From an uncultured bacterium (GTDB lineage: Bacteria; Bacillota; Clostridia; Christensenellales; UBA1242): a stretch of 64,000 bases of DNA. Location of the stretch: positions 48,926 through 112,925 of the forward strand of contig CASXBC010000002.1 in assembly GCA_949474265.1 (NCBI GenBank). The letters run 5' to 3'. Shown one piece after another: positions 9,064 to 20,384 of this stretch; within the stretch, counting starts at the first letter, position 1; each line of letters starts with the position of its first letter. The translations under genes and the position numbers were made by a program. Below the pieces are notes generated by a model. That model saw only the letters and a program-made list of their open reading frames with translations. It was not told the DNA's origin and did not search any database.

Positions 9064-9591
9064 TTATTTTCTAATTGTGTTGTAAAGAGTGCAAGCAGAA
9101 GCTCCGCCAGCACAAAGCAAGTTCAAAACAAGTCCAGCGATTGAAGCACTTGCAGGTGAAACTTTTGCAATGGCAGCAAATGGTTCGTTTGTTGCTGAAA
9201 CAAGGTTTGTGCAAGCAACAATGTTAAGCACTGCCAAAACAAAAACAATAACTGCAGAAACAACGCTCAACCACTTTACAAGTTTTGCAACCTTTTCGTT
9301 TGACAAAACGCCAAAATCACAAAGAAGTGAAAGAATGGCACTTATAATCAAAACGCTTGCAAAAATTACAAGAAGAAGCACGATAACTGCACTGAAAGTT
9401 TGCTCTGATGTTGGATTTGGTGTGCTGAAATCCAAGAAGTCATATCCAGATTTTGTCATTGCAGGAACGCCTATAGCTGAAACTGCTTTAACTGCCAAAT
9501 ATGGAAGTGCTAAGAATCCAAGAATCAAAGCTCCAAAAACTGCAGTAAGTCCGTGTAAAACTGTTTTTGTAAGATTTTCAGGTCTTTTCAT
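9064..9591 (-). CDS. Polytopic membrane protein, function unknown
   Basis: 175 aa with about 4 hydrophobic segments. Strong RBS AAAGGAGAGAGAAAATG on the minus strand. The equally long plus-strand ORF 9089-9619 has no RBS. Confidence 0.7.
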   Translation of the reverse strand: MKRPENLTKTVLHGLTAVFGALILGFLALPYLAVKAVSAIGVPAMTKSGYDFLDFSTPNPTSEQTFSAVIVLLLVIFASVLIISAILSLLCDFGVLSNEKVAKLVKWLSVVSAVIVFVLAVLNIVACTNLVSATNEPFAAIAKVSPASASIAGLVLNLLCAGGASACTLYNTIRK

Positions 9592-9775
9592 TTTCTCTCT
9601 CCTTTTGTTAAGATATTAAGAGAATAATCCAAAAATGCAAAGTTGTAAAACTTTATATAATATTTATTTTAAAATGTTATAAAATGGTGGGTTTTGTAAC
9701 ACTTTTGCTTAGAAAATCCAATTTTTTATTTATATAATATATAATTTAATTTTAGATTTGTGCTATAATGGTTAC

Positions 9776-10579
9776 ATGAAAATTGTTACATATAATATAA
9801 ATGGCATAAGAGCAAGTGCAAAATTGGGGCTTATAGATTGGCTTGCTGATTTTGATGCTGATGTATATTGCTTGCAAGAAGTTAGATGCAATGAAACTTT
9901 GGCAAGAGAAATAGTTTTTCCAAGTGAGAGCCAATTGAGTTTTTTTGATGTTCAACAAAAGGAAAATAAATTGAGTGAGTTTGATGCAATTTTTAATTGC
10001 GGAGAAAAAGCTGGTTACGCTGGCACTTTGATATTGACAAAGTCAAAACCTGACAAAGTGCTTTTTGATATGGGGCAGTTTTGGAAAGATGATGAGGGGC
10101 GAACAACAACAGTTATTTTGGGTAATGTAGCTATTGTTGATGCTTATATCCCAAATGGAAATAGTAGATTGGATTTTAAAATGCAATATTTGGATTCTCT
10201 TGTCAAATATTTGGCAAGTTTAAAAGAAAAATATCATGTTGTTTGTGTTGGAGATTTCAACATAGCTCACAATGAGATTGACCTTACAAATCCAAAGGAA
10301 TGTAAAAACAAGTCAGTGTTTTTACCTATTGAAAGAGAGGCTTTTCAAAACTTGTTGGATGTGGGATTGACAGATTGCTTTAGATTTTGCAATCCAGAGG
10401 CGGTAAAGTATTCTTGGAGAAGTTATCGTTCTCGTTATGACACGACTTATAACAGTTGGAAATATCGAATAGACTATATTCTTTCAAGTGACGGTCTGAA
10501 GGGGAAAATCAAGAGTTGTGATATTTTGGATTTGTCCTATAGTGACCATTTGCCTGTTGTTGCAGAAATAGAGGTGTGA
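9776..10579 (+). CDS. xth: Exodeoxyribonuclease III (AP endonuclease)
   Basis: MKIVTYNINGIRA...CLQEVR...GDFNIAH...SDHLPV; typical EEP/Xth motifs. Confidence 0.9.
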   Translation: MKIVTYNINGIRASAKLGLIDWLADFDADVYCLQEVRCNETLAREIVFPSESQLSFFDVQQKENKLSEFDAIFNCGEKAGYAGTLILTKSKPDKVLFDMGQFWKDDEGRTTTVILGNVAIVDAYIPNGNSRLDFKMQYLDSLVKYLASLKEKYHVVCVGDFNIAHNEIDLTNPKECKNKSVFLPIEREAFQNLLDVGLTDCFRFCNPEAVKYSWRSYRSRYDTTYNSWKYRIDYILSSDGLKGKIKSCDILDLSYSDHLPVVAEIEV

Positions 10580-10581
10580 TT

Positions 10582-10968
10582 ATGAAACATATTGTTATAC
10601 TTAGGCAACCATTTTTTGACATGGTTTTGAGTGGAGAGAAAACAATTGAAAGTCGTTGGAGCATGATGAAAATTGCTCCTTATGGAAAAGTTGCTGTGGG
10701 AGATGAACTTTTGCTGAAAGAAACAGGCAAAGCTGTTACGGCAATTGCAAAGGTCAACAAAGTTGTTTTTTATGAACTTACTCCGCAAAAGGTGGAAGAA
10801 ATAAGGACAAAATTTGGCAAGCAAATTGGTGTTGATAGATTTGAAGATTGGGAAAGCACTTATCAAAAAAAGTATTGCACTTTAATTTGGGTTTCTGATA
10901 TAAGGAGAATTGAGCCTTTGAGTGTTCCTCGTAGCAATGGTGCTGGATGGATTGTTTTGAAGGTCTGA
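10582..10968 (+). CDS. ASCH-domain protein
   Basis: About 128 aa. N-terminus ILRQPFFDMVLSGEKTIESRW resembles ASCH-domain proteins. Confidence 0.6.
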   Translation: MKHIVILRQPFFDMVLSGEKTIESRWSMMKIAPYGKVAVGDELLLKETGKAVTAIAKVNKVVFYELTPQKVEEIRTKFGKQIGVDRFEDWESTYQKKYCTLIWVSDIRRIEPLSVPRSNGAGWIVLKV

Positions 10969-11078
10969 GAAATTTTTATAACATGAAAAGTTTTATTTAC
11001 AATTTTTGACTTATGTGATATATTAAACTTGAAGGAAGGATGCACTTGCATTTTTAAATAGAAAAGCAGAGGTAATAT

Positions 11079-11696
11079 ATGGGAGATTTTAATTTGGCGA
11101 CTTTGATTGTTGGACTTTTGTCTCTTTCAGGTGTTGTCGTAAATATTTTTGTAACTATGATTGCTGACAAGAAAAGAAGATATACAGGACTTATCACAAC
11201 TCACCGTATTTCAAGTATGAAAGCGGCAGAGACACTGTTCAGCAAAATAATAGGTAATCTCTATAGTTTTCGCATACCAAGCGCTGACAAAGTTGCAGAA
11301 TTTAAAGCTTTTGAACTCAACAAGCAAGAAGTTTTGTATCTTATTGGTCAGGATGGCTCTCCGGAGGAGGAGATAAGACAAGTCCTTTCGGATATAGATA
11401 AATTTCTCTTTTTCTCTTCCGTGGACAAAACTGTGCTTAGTAGAGAACAACAACACAGGTTTTATGATATTTTGAAGGTTGCTATTGATTGTTTGCAAAA
11501 TCTCACAAGAGCTTATGCAAAATGTGAATGGGAAAAATGCAAACATACTAGTACTTATGGAAGTGAGTCAAAATTTGATAAGGCAAAGATTTTAAACAAT
11601 TTTTACATAAAAGATAAAGAGAAAGTTGATGAGCAAATGAAATTTTTGCAGGAAAATGATTATGACTCTGTGCTTAATTGGAAGAAAGTAAAATAG
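11079..11696 (+). CDS. Hypothetical protein with N-terminal TM helix
   Basis: 205 aa. Hydrophobic N-terminus LATLIVGLLSLSGVVVNIFVTMI, then a helical soluble part. RBS GCAGAGG upstream. Confidence 0.6.
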   Translation: MGDFNLATLIVGLLSLSGVVVNIFVTMIADKKRRYTGLITTHRISSMKAAETLFSKIIGNLYSFRIPSADKVAEFKAFELNKQEVLYLIGQDGSPEEEIRQVLSDIDKFLFFSSVDKTVLSREQQHRFYDILKVAIDCLQNLTRAYAKCEWEKCKHTSTYGSESKFDKAKILNNFYIKDKEKVDEQMKFLQENDYDSVLNWKKVK

Positions 11697-11861
11697 TTTT
11701 TTCAACAGTCAGTTAATTTCAACCTTTTAATATTTCAAAATTAAAAGATTTGATTTATGTATTTGCACGGAAGAGTATGTTGTGGTTTTAAAATAAGTTT
11801 TTTCATATTATATATAGAAATATATTCATTGAAAGTCTGTTGCTAAATGAGGCTGTAAAAA

Positions 11862-11887
11862 AGAGGCAAAATTATTTGCCTTTTTTG
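11862..11887 (+). terminator. Orphan rho-independent terminator about 170 nt after the preceding stop
   Basis: AGGCAAA-N4-TTTGCCT followed by TTTTTT. Confidence 0.55.
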
Positions 11888-11996
11888 TATTTTCTACAAA
11901 ATTGCTTAAAACTTTTTAAGTTTTTTTGTTCAATTTTTTGGATTATTAACGTATTTATGTTATAATGAAAAAGGTTTTATATAGGAGAAAAAGAAA

Positions 11997-13178
11997 ATGG
12001 ATATTTTTAAGAAAGTTGAAGCAGACCACCTTTATAAACAGGTGAAAAGAGAAGGAATTTATCCTTATTTTCATGCTCTCACAAGCGGACAAGACACTGT
12101 TGTTCAAATGGAGGGCAGAGAAACAATCATGATTGGCTCAAACAATTATCTTGGTTTCACATCAGAGCCTAGAGTTATCAACGCAGGCATTGAAGCCCTC
12201 AAAAAATATGGTTCTGGTTGCAGTGGTTCTCGTTTTTTAAATGGAACTTTGGATATGCACAGAGAGCTTGAAGATAGATTGGCAAAATTTTTGCATAAAG
12301 AAGCAGTTATGACTTTTAGCACAGGTTTTCAAAGCAATCTTGGCATTATCAGTGCAATTGCTGGAATGCATGATGTCATTTTGTGTGATAAAGAAAATCA
12401 TGCCTCAATTTATGATGGTTGTAGACTTTCTTATGGAGAAATGATTAGATATAAGCATAGTGATATGCAAGACTTGGAGAAAAAGCTCAAAGCTGTTCCA
12501 GAGGACAAAGGCATCCTGATTGTCACTGATGGCGTGTTCTCTATGGGCGGTGACATTTGCAAATTGCCTGAGATTGTTGCTCTTGCAAAGAAATATGGTG
12601 CAAGAGTTATGGTTGATGATGCACACGGTCTTGGAGTGCTTGGTAAGCACGGAAGAGGCACTGCTGAGCATTTCAATCTTGAAGATGATGTTGATATTTA
12701 CATGGGTACATTCTCAAAATCACTTGCAAGTCTTGGTGGTTACATGGCTGCAAAGAGAGAAGTTGTTGATTATGTTATGCACACTTCAAGACCTTATATT
12801 TTTAGTGCCAGCATAACTCCAGCTTCTGTTGCTTGTGCTCTTGAAAGTCTTAAAATGCTTGAAGAAAATCCTGAAAGAGTTAAACAACTTTTGGATATTT
12901 CTGAGTATATGAGAAATGGATTGAAAAAACTTGGAGTGAAGGTCATTGAAAGCACAACTCCTATCATACCTATTTACGTTTATGATGACGAGAAAGCTTT
13001 TGTGGCATGCAAACTTTTGCTTGAAAGAGGCGTATATGTAAACCCTGTTGTTTCACCTGCCACACCAAAGGGCATGGCATTGTTGCGTACTTCATATACA
13101 GCAACTCACACAAAAGAGCAAATGGATAAGGCTATGAAAGCTATCAAAGAGGTTTTGGACATTTTGCAGGTTAAATAG
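11997..13178 (+). CDS. PLP-dependent alpha-oxoamine synthase family (SPT/Kbl/BioF-like acyltransferase)
   Basis: 393 aa. SNNYLGF, GSGCSGSRFLNGT, DDAHG and the PLP-lysine motif GTFSKSLAS. Confidence 0.85.
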   Translation: MDIFKKVEADHLYKQVKREGIYPYFHALTSGQDTVVQMEGRETIMIGSNNYLGFTSEPRVINAGIEALKKYGSGCSGSRFLNGTLDMHRELEDRLAKFLHKEAVMTFSTGFQSNLGIISAIAGMHDVILCDKENHASIYDGCRLSYGEMIRYKHSDMQDLEKKLKAVPEDKGILIVTDGVFSMGGDICKLPEIVALAKKYGARVMVDDAHGLGVLGKHGRGTAEHFNLEDDVDIYMGTFSKSLASLGGYMAAKREVVDYVMHTSRPYIFSASITPASVACALESLKMLEENPERVKQLLDISEYMRNGLKKLGVKVIESTTPIIPIYVYDDEKAFVACKLLLERGVYVNPVVSPATPKGMALLRTSYTATHTKEQMDKAMKAIKEVLDILQVK

Positions 13179-13188
13179 TTTTTGTTTA

Positions 13189-13225
13189 AGGCAAGCAATT
13201 GGAAAAATTTGCTTGCTTTTTTTTT
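13189..13225 (+). terminator. Rho-independent terminator
   Basis: GCAAGCAA-N10-TTGCTTGC followed by T9. Confidence 0.75.
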
Positions 13226-13231
13226 CGATTA

Positions 13232-13240
13232 TGCTATAAT
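13232..13240 (+). promoter_or_regulatory. Extended -10 element TGCTATAAT upstream of the suf operon
   Basis: TGnTATAAT consensus read directly, about 70 nt upstream of the sufC ATG. Confidence 0.5.
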
Positions 13241-13309
13241 AATTCAGACTAAATTGGTAGGAATTAAAATTTGTCAAAATGGAAAAGACTTTTTAAGGGA
13301 GAAAAACAG

Positions 13310-14062
13310 ATGAAAACACTTTTAAAAGTGAAAAGTTTGAAAGCTAAGGTGGGAGAAAAAGAGATTTTAAAGGGACTTAATCTTGAAATTAAAGAAGGGG
13401 AAGTTCACGTCATTATGGGACCAAACGGAGCTGGAAAAAGCACCTTGGCAAATGTGATTTTCAATAATCCTCAATTTCAGAAAACAGCAGGCAGTGTTTT
13501 TTTTGATGGAAAAGACATAACTAATGCAAAAGTTGATGAAATTGCTAAAAGTGGAATATTTATGTCTTTTCAGACTCCAGAAGAGATTTCTGGGGTGAGT
13601 GTTTTCAACTTTATCAAAACTGCAAAGGGCAAGATTGAAAACAAAAATATAAATTATTTTGATTTTAAAGAAGAGATGCAAAAGAATGCCAAAGCTTTGA
13701 AGATGAAAGGTGACCTTGTAAACAGAGAACTCAATGTTGGCTTTTCTGGTGGAGAGAAAAAGAAAAATGAGATTTTGCAAATGCTTGAGCTTTCGCCAAA
13801 GCTTGCTATTTTGGATGAGACAGATTCGGGGCTTGATGTTGATGCAATAAAAACAGTTTCAAAAGGCATTGAGATGTTTAAGACGGAAAAAAATGCAGTG
13901 TTGATTATCACTCACTCTTGCAAAATCTTGCAAGCACTTAAAGTGGATTTTGTTCATATATTGGTGGACGGAAAAATCGTTTACACAGGTAATGCTTCAC
14001 TTGCAAAAGAAATTGAAGAAAATGGTTATGAAAAATTTGAGGCAGGTAAGAAAAATGCCTAA
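13310..14062 (+). CDS. sufC: Fe-S cluster assembly ATPase SufC
   Basis: Walker A GPNGAGKST, ABC signature FSGGEKKK, Walker B LAILDETDSGLD. First gene of the sufCBDSU order. Confidence 0.92.
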   Translation: MKTLLKVKSLKAKVGEKEILKGLNLEIKEGEVHVIMGPNGAGKSTLANVIFNNPQFQKTAGSVFFDGKDITNAKVDEIAKSGIFMSFQTPEEISGVSVFNFIKTAKGKIENKNINYFDFKEEMQKNAKALKMKGDLVNRELNVGFSGGEKKKNEILQMLELSPKLAILDETDSGLDVDAIKTVSKGIEMFKTEKNAVLIITHSCKILQALKVDFVHILVDGKIVYTGNASLAKEIEENGYEKFEAGKKNA

Positions 14063-15455
14063 GACAAAAGTTAAAGAAATAAATCAAAATATATATGATT
14101 TCAAAAATCAAGATAATTTTGATTTTAAAATGAAAAAAGGACTTTCGGAAGAAATAGTTAGAGAAATTTCAAAAAAGAAAGTTGAACCTGAATGGGTGCT
14201 TGATATTCGTCTTAAAGCACTTGAAGTTTATCACAAACTTGACCTTCCAATCTGGGGGCCTGATTTAAGTGAACTTAATATGGATGAGATTTCTACTTAT
14301 GTCAAACCAAAGACTGACAAAAAAGAAAGTTGGGAAGATGTGCCAGAAGAAATTAAAGATACTTTTGACAAACTTGGCATTCCAAAAGCGGAGCATGAGT
14401 ATTTGGCTGGAGTAGGTGCTCAGTATGACAGTGAAGTGGTGTATCACTCTATAAAAAATTCTCTTTTGAAACAAGGGGTGATATACACAGATTTTGACAG
14501 TGCAATAAGAGATTATCCAGAGCTTGTCAAAGAGTATTTTACAAAATGTGTTCCACTTTTTGACCATAAATTCATTGCACTGCATTATGCAGTTTTCTCT
14601 GGCGGAAGCTTTGTGTATGTTCCAAAGGGAGTAAAGCTTGAGATGCCACTCCAATCATATTTTAGACTAAATTCACCAGAAAGTGGACAGTTTGAACATA
14701 CTCTTATCATTGTTGATGAAGGGGCTAGTTTGCATTTTATTGAAGGATGCAGTGCTCCAAAGTATAACAAAGTTAATTTGCATGCAGGTTGTGTAGAGCT
14801 TTTTGTAAAAGAGGGGGCAAGCCTTAGATATTCTACAATAGAAAATTGGTCAAAAAATATGCTCAACTTAAACACCAAGAAAGCTATTGTTGAGAAAGAT
14901 GCAAAAATGGAGTGGGTGAGTGGAAGCTTTGGAAGTAAGATTTCTATGCTTTATCCAATGAGCATTTTGAAAGGAGAAAACTCCAAAACTGAGTTTACAG
15001 GCATTTCTTTTGCTGGCAAAGGACAAAACCTTGACAATGGTTTTAAAGTGGTGCATTTGGCACCAAACACTTCCAGCGTGGTTAGTTCTCGCAGTTTGTC
15101 TAAGAGTGGCGGTGTTGCAACTTATAGAAGTCTGGTAAGCATTTTGCCAGAGGCAACAAACAGCAGATGTAGCATAACCTGTGATGGACTTATGCTAGAT
15201 GATATATCAAGAAGTGATACAATACCATTTAGCAATGTTGAAGTGGATGATGTTGAGATTTCTCATGAGGCTAAAGTGGGCAAAATTAGCGAAAAAGCAA
15301 TTTTTTATCTTATGAGCAGGGGACTTTCAGAAGAGGATGCAAAAGCAATGATTGTTAGAGGCTTTGCTAATCCAATTTCTAAAGAACTTCCACTTGAATA
15401 TGCGGTGGAAATGAACAGACTTATAAATCTTGAATTGGAAGGGAGTATTGGGTAA
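14055..15455 (+). CDS. sufB: Fe-S cluster assembly scaffold SufB
   Basis: About 466 aa from MPKTKVKE. Conserved HYAVFSGGSFVYVPKGV and LIIVDEGASLHFIEGCSAP. The track ORF start at 13950 lies inside sufC. Confidence 0.9.
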   Translation: MPKTKVKEINQNIYDFKNQDNFDFKMKKGLSEEIVREISKKKVEPEWVLDIRLKALEVYHKLDLPIWGPDLSELNMDEISTYVKPKTDKKESWEDVPEEIKDTFDKLGIPKAEHEYLAGVGAQYDSEVVYHSIKNSLLKQGVIYTDFDSAIRDYPELVKEYFTKCVPLFDHKFIALHYAVFSGGSFVYVPKGVKLEMPLQSYFRLNSPESGQFEHTLIIVDEGASLHFIEGCSAPKYNKVNLHAGCVELFVKEGASLRYSTIENWSKNMLNLNTKKAIVEKDAKMEWVSGSFGSKISMLYPMSILKGENSKTEFTGISFAGKGQNLDNGFKVVHLAPNTSSVVSSRSLSKSGGVATYRSLVSILPEATNSRCSITCDGLMLDDISRSDTIPFSNVEVDDVEISHEAKVGKISEKAIFYLMSRGLSEEDAKAMIVRGFANPISKELPLEYAVEMNRLINLELEGSIG

Positions 15456-15457
15456 TT

Positions 15458-16510
15458 ATGCGTTTAAATAATTCACCGATTTTGACAACAAGAAATTATG
15501 GCATCAATGACGCAAAAGTTGATGACAGTGTTTTTTGTCAAGAAATCACTCCTTTTGAAAATATAATTATTGAAAACGCTGATAGTTTTTTTAATAAAAA
15601 TGCAAAAAAAATAAGCTTTTCAAAAAAAATAGGTGGAGATTTTGATCTTCAACTTTCACAAAATAATAATGCTGTTTTGAATTTTGAAATTGATAAATCA
15701 CAAGAAAATCCAATTTGCATCAGTTTTAAATTTGATGAAAACAACAAAATGCTTGTTGAACAAATTGTTTTCAACATAAAAGAAAATGTTGATGCAAAAT
15801 TGATTGTCTCTTTGAGCGGAGAGGTGGATGCTTATCATAATGGAATTGTGAAAATTAATTGTGAGAAAAACTCAAAGGCTGAAATGCTTTTTATTACTGA
15901 TTTTGAAAAAGAGTCTGTCAATGTTTTGAGATTTGAAAATTCGGTTGACGAAGCTTCCAAGTTGAAAGTGTCTCTTGTTGATTTCGCAAACGGACACTCT
16001 ATCATCAATTATTACAGCAAGCTTAATGGGGATGAGAGTAAGTCGATTTTAAATTGTGTTTATGTTGCTGGTGGAAAAACCTTTGTAGATTTAAACTTTG
16101 AGCAAGATGTGTTTGGAAAAAAATCTGAGGCAAGTATACAAACTGTTGGGGCTTTGCTTGCAGAGGCTAGAAAGCATTTTAAAGGGACAATCAATTTTGA
16201 AAAGGGCTGCAAAAAGAGCAGTGGAAGTGAAGATGAACTTTGTTTGCTTCTTTCAAAAAATGCTAAATCCAAAGCTTTGCCAATGCTTTTATGCACGGAG
16301 GAGGATGTGGACGGAAAACACGCAAGCAGTGTTGGCAAAGTTTCTGAAAAGGAATTGTTTTACATTATGAGCAGAGGTTTTTCTAGGCAGGATGCAATAA
16401 AACTTGTTGTAAAAGCAAAGTTTAATATTGTGCTTGAAAACTTGTTTGATGTAAAGTTGAAGCAAAAGTTGATAGATTTAGTTGATAGGAAGTTGAACTA
16501 TGAAGAATAA
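15458..16510 (+). CDS. sufD: Fe-S cluster assembly protein SufD
   Basis: 350 aa. C-terminal GKHASSVGKVSEKELFYIMSRGFS motif shared with SufB. Operon position. Confidence 0.85.
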   Translation: MRLNNSPILTTRNYGINDAKVDDSVFCQEITPFENIIIENADSFFNKNAKKISFSKKIGGDFDLQLSQNNNAVLNFEIDKSQENPICISFKFDENNKMLVEQIVFNIKENVDAKLIVSLSGEVDAYHNGIVKINCEKNSKAEMLFITDFEKESVNVLRFENSVDEASKLKVSLVDFANGHSIINYYSKLNGDESKSILNCVYVAGGKTFVDLNFEQDVFGKKSEASIQTVGALLAEARKHFKGTINFEKGCKKSSGSEDELCLLLSKNAKSKALPMLLCTEEDVDGKHASSVGKVSEKELFYIMSRGFSRQDAIKLVVKAKFNIVLENLFDVKLKQKLIDLVDRKLNYEE

Positions 16511-17726
16511 ATATAAAGAAGATTTTGGTATTTTTGACAACAATACAATTGTTTATCTTGACAGTGGTGCAACAACTCAAAAGCCAAGATGTGTGCTTGA
16601 TGCCATGAAAATGTTTTATGAAAAAGAAAATGCAAATCCTTATCGTGCGGCGTATGGGCTGAGTGTTCGTGCGACAGAGTGTTACAATACAGCCAGAGAA
16701 AAAGTCGCTAAGTTTATTGGTGCCAAAAATTCATGTGAGATTATTTTTACTAAGAATGCTACTGAGGCACTCAATCTTCTTGCATATTCTTATGGGCTTG
16801 ACAATCTCAAAAAAGAGGATGAGGTGGTCATTTCTATTATGGAGCATCACAGCAATTTGGTGCCTTGGCAAAAAGTAACAAAAGAAAAAAAAGCAAAACT
16901 TTCTTATCTTTATATAAATGATAATTATGAGATTTCTGAAAATGAGATAGAAAACAAAATCACAGCTAAGACAAAAATTGTAAGTATTTTAAGTGTTTCA
17001 AATGTTTTGGGTACAGCGGTCAACCTTGAAAAAATAATAAAGAAGGCACACAGCGTTGGAGCGGTTGTCATTGTTGATGCTTCACAAAGTGTCGCTCATC
17101 AAAAGCTTGATGTTTCAAGACTTGACGCAGATTTTTTGGTTTTTTCTGGGCACAAAATGTATGGACCACTTGGCATTGGCGTGCTATATGGAAAACAGGA
17201 CTTGCTTGAGAAGATGTCTCCTTTCATAATGGGTGGAGATATGATTGAGTTTGTGCATGAGCAAGAGACCTCTTTTGCGACTTTGCCAAACAAGTTTGAA
17301 GCAGGGACGCAAAATGTCGGAGGTGCTGTGGGACTTTCAAGTGCCATAAGTTATCTTGAAAAGATTGGGTTTTCTAAAATTGAAAAAGTTGAAAAAGAGC
17401 TTCTTTCTTATGCGGTAAAAAAACTTTCTGCACTCTCGTTTATTGAACTTTATTGCCCAAAGGAGATTGAAAAAATGGCTTCAGTTGTCTCTTTCAATAT
17501 TAAAGGAGTGCATCCTCATGATGTGGCATCACTTCTTGATTTGAAAGGAGTTTGTTTGCGTGCAGGAAATCATTGTGCTCAACCACTCATGAGATTTTTG
17601 GACATTGACAGCACTTGCAGAATCAGTTTTGGTATTTACAACACAAAAGAAGATGCGGATGCACTAGTTGATGCGTTGAAAGAAATTTATCAAAAATTTG
17701 AAAAATATATAAAGGATGAAAAATAA
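16500..17726 (+). CDS. sufS: Cysteine desulfurase SufS
   Basis: 408 aa. HHSNLVPWQ, SGHKMYGP (PLP Lys), RAGNHCAQP (active-site Cys). Confidence 0.92.
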   Translation: MKNKYKEDFGIFDNNTIVYLDSGATTQKPRCVLDAMKMFYEKENANPYRAAYGLSVRATECYNTAREKVAKFIGAKNSCEIIFTKNATEALNLLAYSYGLDNLKKEDEVVISIMEHHSNLVPWQKVTKEKKAKLSYLYINDNYEISENEIENKITAKTKIVSILSVSNVLGTAVNLEKIIKKAHSVGAVVIVDASQSVAHQKLDVSRLDADFLVFSGHKMYGPLGIGVLYGKQDLLEKMSPFIMGGDMIEFVHEQETSFATLPNKFEAGTQNVGGAVGLSSAISYLEKIGFSKIEKVEKELLSYAVKKLSALSFIELYCPKEIEKMASVVSFNIKGVHPHDVASLLDLKGVCLRAGNHCAQPLMRFLDIDSTCRISFGIYNTKEDADALVDALKEIYQKFEKYIKDEK

Positions 17727-18157
17727 TGAACGGATTTGATGATATTTACAACGAGCTTATTATGGAGCATAGCATGAACAGCTTTAACAAGAAGTCTCTT
17801 CAAAGTCCAACAGGCTGTCAACTTGGTCACAATCCAAACTGTGGGGATGAGATTGAACTTCAAGTGAAAATTAGAAATGGAGTTGTGGAGGATGCTGCTT
17901 TCACAGGGCATGGCTGTGCCATTTCTCAAAGTTCAACATCAATAATGATTGACACATTGAGAGGGAAGAAAGTTGAGCAGGCAAAAAAGATTGTTGAGAT
18001 TTTTATAAAGATGATAAAAAGAGAGAAAATTTCAAGTGCAGAGAAAAAATTGCTTGGAGATAGTGTGGCTTTTGAAAACATCAAAGATATGCCTGCAAGA
18101 GTGAAGTGTGCACTTTTGTCTTGGCACACAATGGAAGAGTTGCTGGAAAGAAAATAA
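17726..18157 (+). CDS. sufU: SufU/IscU-like sulfur-transfer scaffold
   Basis: 143 aa. NPNCGDEIEL, GHGCAISQSS and a C-terminal VKCALL Cys. Start overlaps the sufS stop. Confidence 0.88.
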   Translation: MNGFDDIYNELIMEHSMNSFNKKSLQSPTGCQLGHNPNCGDEIELQVKIRNGVVEDAAFTGHGCAISQSSTSIMIDTLRGKKVEQAKKIVEIFIKMIKREKISSAEKKLLGDSVAFENIKDMPARVKCALLSWHTMEELLERK

Positions 18158-18185
18158 AAGTTGAATTTATTTGATAGTTTTTCAA

Positions 18186-18219
18186 TTATCGACAGAAATT
18201 TCACTGCCGATAATTTTTT
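18186..18219 (+). terminator. Terminator after the suf operon
   Basis: TTATCGACAG-N8-CTGCCGATAA (one mismatch) followed by TTTTTTA. Confidence 0.7.
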
Positions 18220-18233
18220 ATTGACACAAAAAC

Positions 18234-18262
18234 TTTACATTTTTTCTTTAAAATCATATACT
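18234..18262 (+). promoter_or_regulatory. SigA-type promoter of groESL (TTTACA-17-TATACT)
   Basis: Hexamers and 17-nt spacer read directly. No CIRCE (TTAGCACTC-N9-GAGTGCTAA) between 18158 and 18291. Confidence 0.5.
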
Positions 18263-18291
18263 TAAAGGGAAAGAAAAGGAGAACGAAAATT

Positions 18292-18579
18292 ATGAACATA
18301 AAACCTTTGTTTGACAGAGTTGTTTTGCTTCCAAAAGAGGCAGACAAAGAGACAAAAAGTGGAATCATTTTGCCATCTGCAAGTGCAGAAAAATCTCAGG
18401 TTGCTACAGTTGTTGCTGTTGGTATGGGAGGAAATTTGGATGGAAAAGAAATCAAGATGGAGGTTTCTGTAGGGCAAGAAGTCTTGTACGCAAAGTATAG
18501 CGGAACAGAATTTTCTCTTGATGGAAAGAAATATATAGTTATTAAGCAGTCTGATATTTTGGCTGTTTTGGAAAAGTAG
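18292..18579 (+). CDS. groES: Co-chaperonin GroES
   Basis: 95 aa. MNIKPLFDRVVL...GIILP...VLYAKYSGTE. Confidence 0.95.
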   Translation: MNIKPLFDRVVLLPKEADKETKSGIILPSASAEKSQVATVVAVGMGGNLDGKEIKMEVSVGQEVLYAKYSGTEFSLDGKKYIVIKQSDILAVLEK

Positions 18580-20208
<1,629 letters not shown>

Positions 20209-20226
20209 AATAAAACAAAAATAATA

Positions 20227-20265
20227 AAGTGGTGGATGTTTTATAAACAAAAACCACTTTTTTTG
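20227..20265 (+). terminator. Terminator after groEL
   Basis: AAAGTGGT-N18-ACCACTTT followed by TTTT. Confidence 0.65.
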
Positions 20266-20384
20266 TTGTTAAATTCTTTGAAAATTAGCGAAAACTTGCG
20301 ATTTATTCTATATATAGTGATTTTTTTATAATTATTTTGCCAAAAATAAAGGAAATTGACAAAGTTTTGTGGTAAAATAAGACA

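Noticed and set aside
9089-9619. 176-aa plus-strand ORF almost exactly antisense to the 175-aa membrane-protein gene
   Set aside because: It has no RBS, and its composition (Ala/Thr/Lys-rich, non-hydrophobic) looks like a mirror artefact of a GC-richer, Ala/Val/Leu-rich gene. The minus-strand ORF has a strong RBS and clear TM helices.
13950-14054. N-terminal extension of sufB in the ORF track (start at 13950)
   Set aside because: The extension lies inside sufC in another frame. The ATG at 14055 gives the conventional overlapping sufC/sufB junction.
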